From Patescibacteria group bacterium (GTDB lineage Bacteria; Patescibacteriota; Minisyncoccia; Phycocordibacterales; Phycocordibacteraceae), in contig JAZKIU010000001.1 in the NCBI GenBank assembly GCA_040384705.1, positions 229,675 through 293,674 on the forward strand: 64,000 bases of DNA, read 5' to 3'. The notes under the pieces are model-generated. The model saw only the letters and a program-made list of their open reading frames with translations. It searched no databases and was not told the origin of the DNA. Position numbers and translations under genes: made by a program. This document shows positions 59,837-64,000 of this stretch, one piece after another. Numbering within the stretch: the first letter of the stretch is position 1; every line of letters begins with the position of its first letter.

Positions 59837-62248
59837 ATGCAAGAAAACCAAGCACCATCTGCAGCGGCACGCAGATTCTCGTTCGACAAGGCGGCGACCC
59901 TCGCCATCGTGCTCACCGTCGCGCTCGCCGCGATCGCGATGATATTCCCGTTCAAACCGGTAGTCATCATCCCGTTCCTTTATACGAAGGTCTCCATTCT
60001 CGCTATCGGAGCCCTTATCGCGCTCGCCCTGTTCATACTCGCGCGCCTTACCCGCGGGAACATCGTTATCCCGCCTCCAGCGCTCCTGGGCGCCCTCTGG
60101 CTGGTTCCGTTCGCATACGCGCTTTCGACGCTGTTCTCCGGGGTCTCTGCTGAGGCCGCGTTCTTCGGTCGTGAGCTCGAGACCGATACGTTCGGCTTCG
60201 TGCTCCTGCTCGCGGCGCTTGCGAGCCTTACCGCGCTCGCGTTCCGTCGCGGCAAGGAATACCGCACCTTCTTCCGTGTGCTCGGTGTCACGCTCGGCAT
60301 CGTGCTCGTCGCTGAAGCGGTATTCATCCTGGTCGGACGTCTCGCGCCGAGCCTCATGGCGCCGACGACGAATCTCATCGGTTCCTTCCCCGACCTCGGC
60401 ATGGTGGTCGGTCTTGGGGTCGTTACGACGTTGCTTGCCCTACGTCTCCTCGCGCTCGCCCCACGCACCCGCACCCTCCTCTATATCGCGGGAGCGGTCA
60501 GTCTCCTCATCGTCGCCTTGGTGAACTCTCCGCTCATATGGAGCCTCATCGCGCTTGTCGCGCTCGCGCTCTTTATAGAGGCGATCATGCGCCACCGCAC
60601 TTCGTCTTCTGACGAGAGCGACCTCGACGGTGTCGCGCTCCTCCTCTCCGAGAACGAAGCGGAATCGCGGGGTACGGACTCTCGTTCGCTGCTCGCTCCC
60701 TTGATAACGCTCGCTATTTCCATCTTCTTCATCGTGGGCGGCTCCACCATCGGGAACGCGCTCGTTTCCTCGTTCGGAACGAACCTCATCGACGTCCGTC
60801 CATCGTGGCAGTCGACCTTCGAAGTGGGAAGCCATACCTACGCATCTTCGCCGCTCTTCGGATCAGGCCCCGGCACGTTCGGCGAGCAGTGGCTCAAGTT
60901 CCGTGACCGCGCCATCAATGACACCGTCTTCTGGAACATCGACTTCGTCTCCGGCATAGGCAGTATCCCGACCTCGCTCGTAACGACCGGCATCGTGGGC
61001 GTGCTCGCGTGGCTCGCGTTCCTCGGTATCTTCCTCTTTGTGGGCGTACGCACGCTCCTCTTCCGCTTGCCGCAGGACGCGTTCATGCGCTTCGTCGCCG
61101 TATCCTCATTCGTCGCCAGCCTCTACGTGCTCACGCTCTCGGTATTCACCGTACCCGGGCCCGTCGTGCTCTCGATAGGATTCCTCTTCATCGGTCTCTT
61201 CATCTCATCGCTGCGGCATGCGAGCCGTGCGAACGAATGGGGCATCGTGTTCTCAAAGAATCCCCGAGTCGGCTTCGTCATCGTGTTCGCTCTCACGCTC
61301 CTTCTTCTTGCATCCATTCTCGCGGCATACGTCGTCGTCGGGCGGTACCTCGCGGCAGTCGCGTACACCGACGGCGCGCAGGCACTCGCTGCAGGCGACC
61401 TTGAGAAGGCGAACGGCGCTATCGAGCGCTCCATTGGGTTCGCCGCCAGCGATAGGGCATACCAGCTCGCAAGCGCGGTCGGCATCGCGCGTATGAACCA
61501 GGTCGCGTCGGACAGCGAGCTCGCGCCCGCCACCGCCCAGCAGGCATTCCAGGCTGCGCTCTCCGGAAGCATCCAGGCAGCCCTTACCGCGACGAAGCTC
61601 GGACCGAACAACTACCAGAACTGGGCGATGCTCGGCAATGTGTACCAGACGGTGGTGCCGCTCCGTATCGAGGGAGCGTACGATAATGCGAAGACCGCAT
61701 ACGAGCGTGCGATAAGCCTCAACCCTACCTCGCCGGTCCTGCAGTACGTCGCTGCGCAGCTCGAGATAGCGCAGGGTAACGCTCCTGCGGCAGAGGAACG
61801 CCTCGTATCCGCCATCAACCTCAAGCGCGACTACACCCAGGCTATCTTCCTCCTCTCGCAGCTCGAGGTGCAGCAGGGCCGCGCACGCGAAGCCCTCCAG
61901 GCAGCGGAGGCGGCAGCGTACTTCGCACCGAACGATCCGGTCGTGCTCTTCCAGGTGGGCATCCTCCGTTCCGCGAACGGGGACAACGATGGGGCAATCG
62001 TCGCGCTCGCGCGTGCCGTCGAGCTCAACCCGCAGTACGCGAACGCCCGCTTCTTCCTCGGCGTGATGCACGCTATCAAGGGCCAGTACGCCGAAGCGAT
62101 AGCTGATCTCGAATCGGTCGCTGCGCTCTCCGAAGCGAACGCGCAATCGGTCGCAGCCGACCTCGCGCAGCTCCGTGCCGGCAAGAACCCATTCCCGCCC
62201 TCACGGTTAGGAGCGCTCGGGATACCGGCAACGTCCGTAACCCCGTAA
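59837..62248 (+). CDS. O-antigen-ligase-like polytopic membrane protein with C-terminal TPRs
   Basis: Many TM; SPLFGSGPGTF; TPR-like repeats (AYERAISLNP, RAVELNPQYANARF). Confidence 0.8.
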   Translation: MQENQAPSAAARRFSFDKAATLAIVLTVALAAIAMIFPFKPVVIIPFLYTKVSILAIGALIALALFILARLTRGNIVIPPPALLGALWLVPFAYALSTLFSGVSAEAAFFGRELETDTFGFVLLLAALASLTALAFRRGKEYRTFFRVLGVTLGIVLVAEAVFILVGRLAPSLMAPTTNLIGSFPDLGMVVGLGVVTTLLALRLLALAPRTRTLLYIAGAVSLLIVALVNSPLIWSLIALVALALFIEAIMRHRTSSSDESDLDGVALLLSENEAESRGTDSRSLLAPLITLAISIFFIVGGSTIGNALVSSFGTNLIDVRPSWQSTFEVGSHTYASSPLFGSGPGTFGEQWLKFRDRAINDTVFWNIDFVSGIGSIPTSLVTTGIVGVLAWLAFLGIFLFVGVRTLLFRLPQDAFMRFVAVSSFVASLYVLTLSVFTVPGPVVLSIGFLFIGLFISSLRHASRANEWGIVFSKNPRVGFVIVFALTLLLLASILAAYVVVGRYLAAVAYTDGAQALAAGDLEKANGAIERSIGFAASDRAYQLASAVGIARMNQVASDSELAPATAQQAFQAALSGSIQAALTATKLGPNNYQNWAMLGNVYQTVVPLRIEGAYDNAKTAYERAISLNPTSPVLQYVAAQLEIAQGNAPAAEERLVSAINLKRDYTQAIFLLSQLEVQQGRAREALQAAEAAAYFAPNDPVVLFQVGILRSANGDNDGAIVALARAVELNPQYANARFFLGVMHAIKGQYAEAIADLESVAALSEANAQSVAADLAQLRAGKNPFPPSRLGALGIPATSVTP

Positions 62249-62289
62249 TGCACCCTGGCGCTACTTCATTCGGTTCCTAAAAGTACGTC

Positions 62290-63972
62290 ATGGTTCGCAA
62301 CATCCTACGGAAAATAACGGCCCCAGTACGGGGGCTCCATCAAGCCGCGTACCTGCTCGCGGGGCTGACGTTCGGCTCCCAGCTGCTCGCGCTCCTTCGT
62401 GACCGCTTGTTCGCGCACCAGTTCGGGGCGAGCGAGATGCTCGACATCTACTATGCCGCGTTCCGCGTTCCGGATCTCGTCTTCGCCATCGTCGCGTCGC
62501 TCGTGTCCGCGTACGTGCTCATCCCGCGCATAGCGGGCGCTAACAAGGAGGAGACGAAGAAGCTGCTCTCGCACACGGCATCCTTCCTCGTCATCGGCGG
62601 GGGCATCATCTGCGCAGGTCTCGCAGTCATCGCGCCTACGCTCCTATTCGCGCTGTTCCCGACGTTCGAGTCCTCGCCGCATGCAGCGGAGTTCGTGATG
62701 CTCGCACGCATCCTTCTCATCCAGCCCATCCTGCTCGGGCTCTCCGGAATAATCACGAGCGTGACGCAGGTGAACCGGCGCTTCGTCCTCTTCGCGCTTT
62801 CGCCCGTGCTTTACAACCTGGGCATCATCGGCGGCACCCTCTTCCTGTATCCGACGATGGGTCTCATCGGTATCGGATGGGGAGTCGTTGCGGGCGCGGT
62901 GCTGCATCTCGCCATACACATCCCGCTCGTGGCGAAGGCAGGGCTCCTTCCGCGCCCCGTCATCTTCTCGCCTCGGATAGTGTGGTCGGTAGCGCGCGAC
63001 TCCATGCCGCGTTCGCTTGCGCTTGGCGTCGGGGCGCTCGCAACGCTCGCTCTCACGGCTATTGCAGCGCAGACGGGCGAGGGAAGTATCGCCGTGTTCA
63101 CGCTCGCAGGGAACCTTGAGGCCGTCCCGCTCTCGCTCATTGGAGCGGCGTACGCGACCGCGGCATTCCCGGTGCTCGCCGAGCATATGAATGCGAAACG
63201 GTACGAGGAGTTCCGAGCGACGCTTCTCGTCGCTGCGCGCCACATCATCTTCTGGTCGGCGATCGTCTCGGTGCTCGCGCTCGTGCTGCGCGCCCACATC
63301 GTGCGCATCGTACTTGGGTCAGGCGCCTTCGATTGGGACGCGACGCGCCTTACGGCCGCCGTGCTCGCTATTCTTGTCTTCGGCCTTATCGCGCAAGGGC
63401 TCATACTCCTGTGCTCCCGTGCGTTCTATGCCGCTGGCCGCTCCTGGAACCCGCTCATCATCCAGGCGGGCGGCGCGGTCGTCTCGGTGCTCGCCGCCGT
63501 CGTTACCCTCACGCTCGTGAACACTTATCCCGCCCTCAATTACTTCATGGAGGTACTGCTGCGTGTCGAGGGTGTTCCGGGAACGGGCGTGCTGGCGGTA
63601 GCCCTCGGCGCTACGCTCGCGCAGATAGCTATGGCCGCTATTGCGCTTTATACGCTGCGGAGCGTGGCTCCGGGCGTCGCCGGAATGCTCGCCCGCTCTC
63701 TGGGCGAGGGCCTCGCGGCGGCCATACTCGGCGCGTCCGCTACCTACGGCGTGCTTGCGTACTTCGGGACGCTCGCACCACTCACCACGCTCCCCATCGT
63801 CTTTGCGGAGGGCCTCATAGCTGGTATGGTGGGACTCTCGGTGTCCGCGGCCGTTCTCGCGCTCCTCGCGAACCAAGAGTTCAAGGACCTCATAGAATCA
63901 TTGCGCCGCATCACCTCTACCCGTGCGCTTAAGCCTCACGGCGCCCTCATCGATGACCGAACGGATTCGTAA
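62290..63972 (+). CDS. murJ: lipid II flippase MurJ (MviN)
   Basis: SQLLALLRDRLFA..FG...D.YYAAFRVPD; RAFYA. Confidence 0.88.
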   Translation: MVRNILRKITAPVRGLHQAAYLLAGLTFGSQLLALLRDRLFAHQFGASEMLDIYYAAFRVPDLVFAIVASLVSAYVLIPRIAGANKEETKKLLSHTASFLVIGGGIICAGLAVIAPTLLFALFPTFESSPHAAEFVMLARILLIQPILLGLSGIITSVTQVNRRFVLFALSPVLYNLGIIGGTLFLYPTMGLIGIGWGVVAGAVLHLAIHIPLVAKAGLLPRPVIFSPRIVWSVARDSMPRSLALGVGALATLALTAIAAQTGEGSIAVFTLAGNLEAVPLSLIGAAYATAAFPVLAEHMNAKRYEEFRATLLVAARHIIFWSAIVSVLALVLRAHIVRIVLGSGAFDWDATRLTAAVLAILVFGLIAQGLILLCSRAFYAAGRSWNPLIIQAGGAVVSVLAAVVTLTLVNTYPALNYFMEVLLRVEGVPGTGVLAVALGATLAQIAMAAIALYTLRSVAPGVAGMLARSLGEGLAAAILGASATYGVLAYFGTLAPLTTLPIVFAEGLIAGMVGLSVSAAVLALLANQEFKDLIESLRRITSTRALKPHGALIDDRTDS

Positions 63973-64000
63973 TTTCAGTATCATTGCCCATATAGACCAT
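63953..64000 (+). CDS. lepA: elongation factor 4, 5' end (partial)
   Basis: MTERIRNFSIIAHIDH; overlaps the murJ stop. Confidence 0.85.
   Translation, partial: MTERIRNFSIIAHIDH

Overview
GC-rich (~60% by eye) chromosomal segment that uses the standard genetic code (TGA acts as stop). It is most likely from a Patescibacteria/CPR bacterium, Parcubacteria-like; this is inferred from the gene set (PIF1 helicase, DUF192, CAP, VKOR/DsbA, lone RND pump without TolC, family-5 SBP next to secG and rnj, many PG-binding or secretion-signal surface proteins) and the near-absence of biosynthetic genes. Housekeeping genes: lexA/umuD-like plus dinB with an SOS box, purB, mltG, typA, a DEAD-box helicase, rnj, secG, groES-groEL, lemA-htpX, murJ, the start of lepA, tRNA-Ser(GGA) and RNase P RNA. 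It also carries an oxidative-stress/repair cluster (msrA, msrB, VKOR, bcp, nth, mutY), general-stress genes, and three large repeat-rich surface proteins. I saw no mobile element, prophage or CRISPR array. The most notable unexplained signals are: (i) a free-standing promoter-hairpin-terminator unit (~29950-30075) that looks like an unannotated ncRNA; (ii) a ~150-nt structured leader on the DEAD-box helicase gene; (iii) pervasive leaderless gene starts (-10 hexamer 6 nt before the start codon), including back-to-back bidirectional promoters sharing a TA, whereas SD-led starts occur mostly on self-contained ORFan cassettes; (iv) several small ORFs missed by the ORF track, including a peptide between lexA and dinB; (v) Nth and MutY both lacking the 4Fe-4S motif; (vi) a frameshifted stress-protein gene. 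All family calls come from motif recognition, not database searches.
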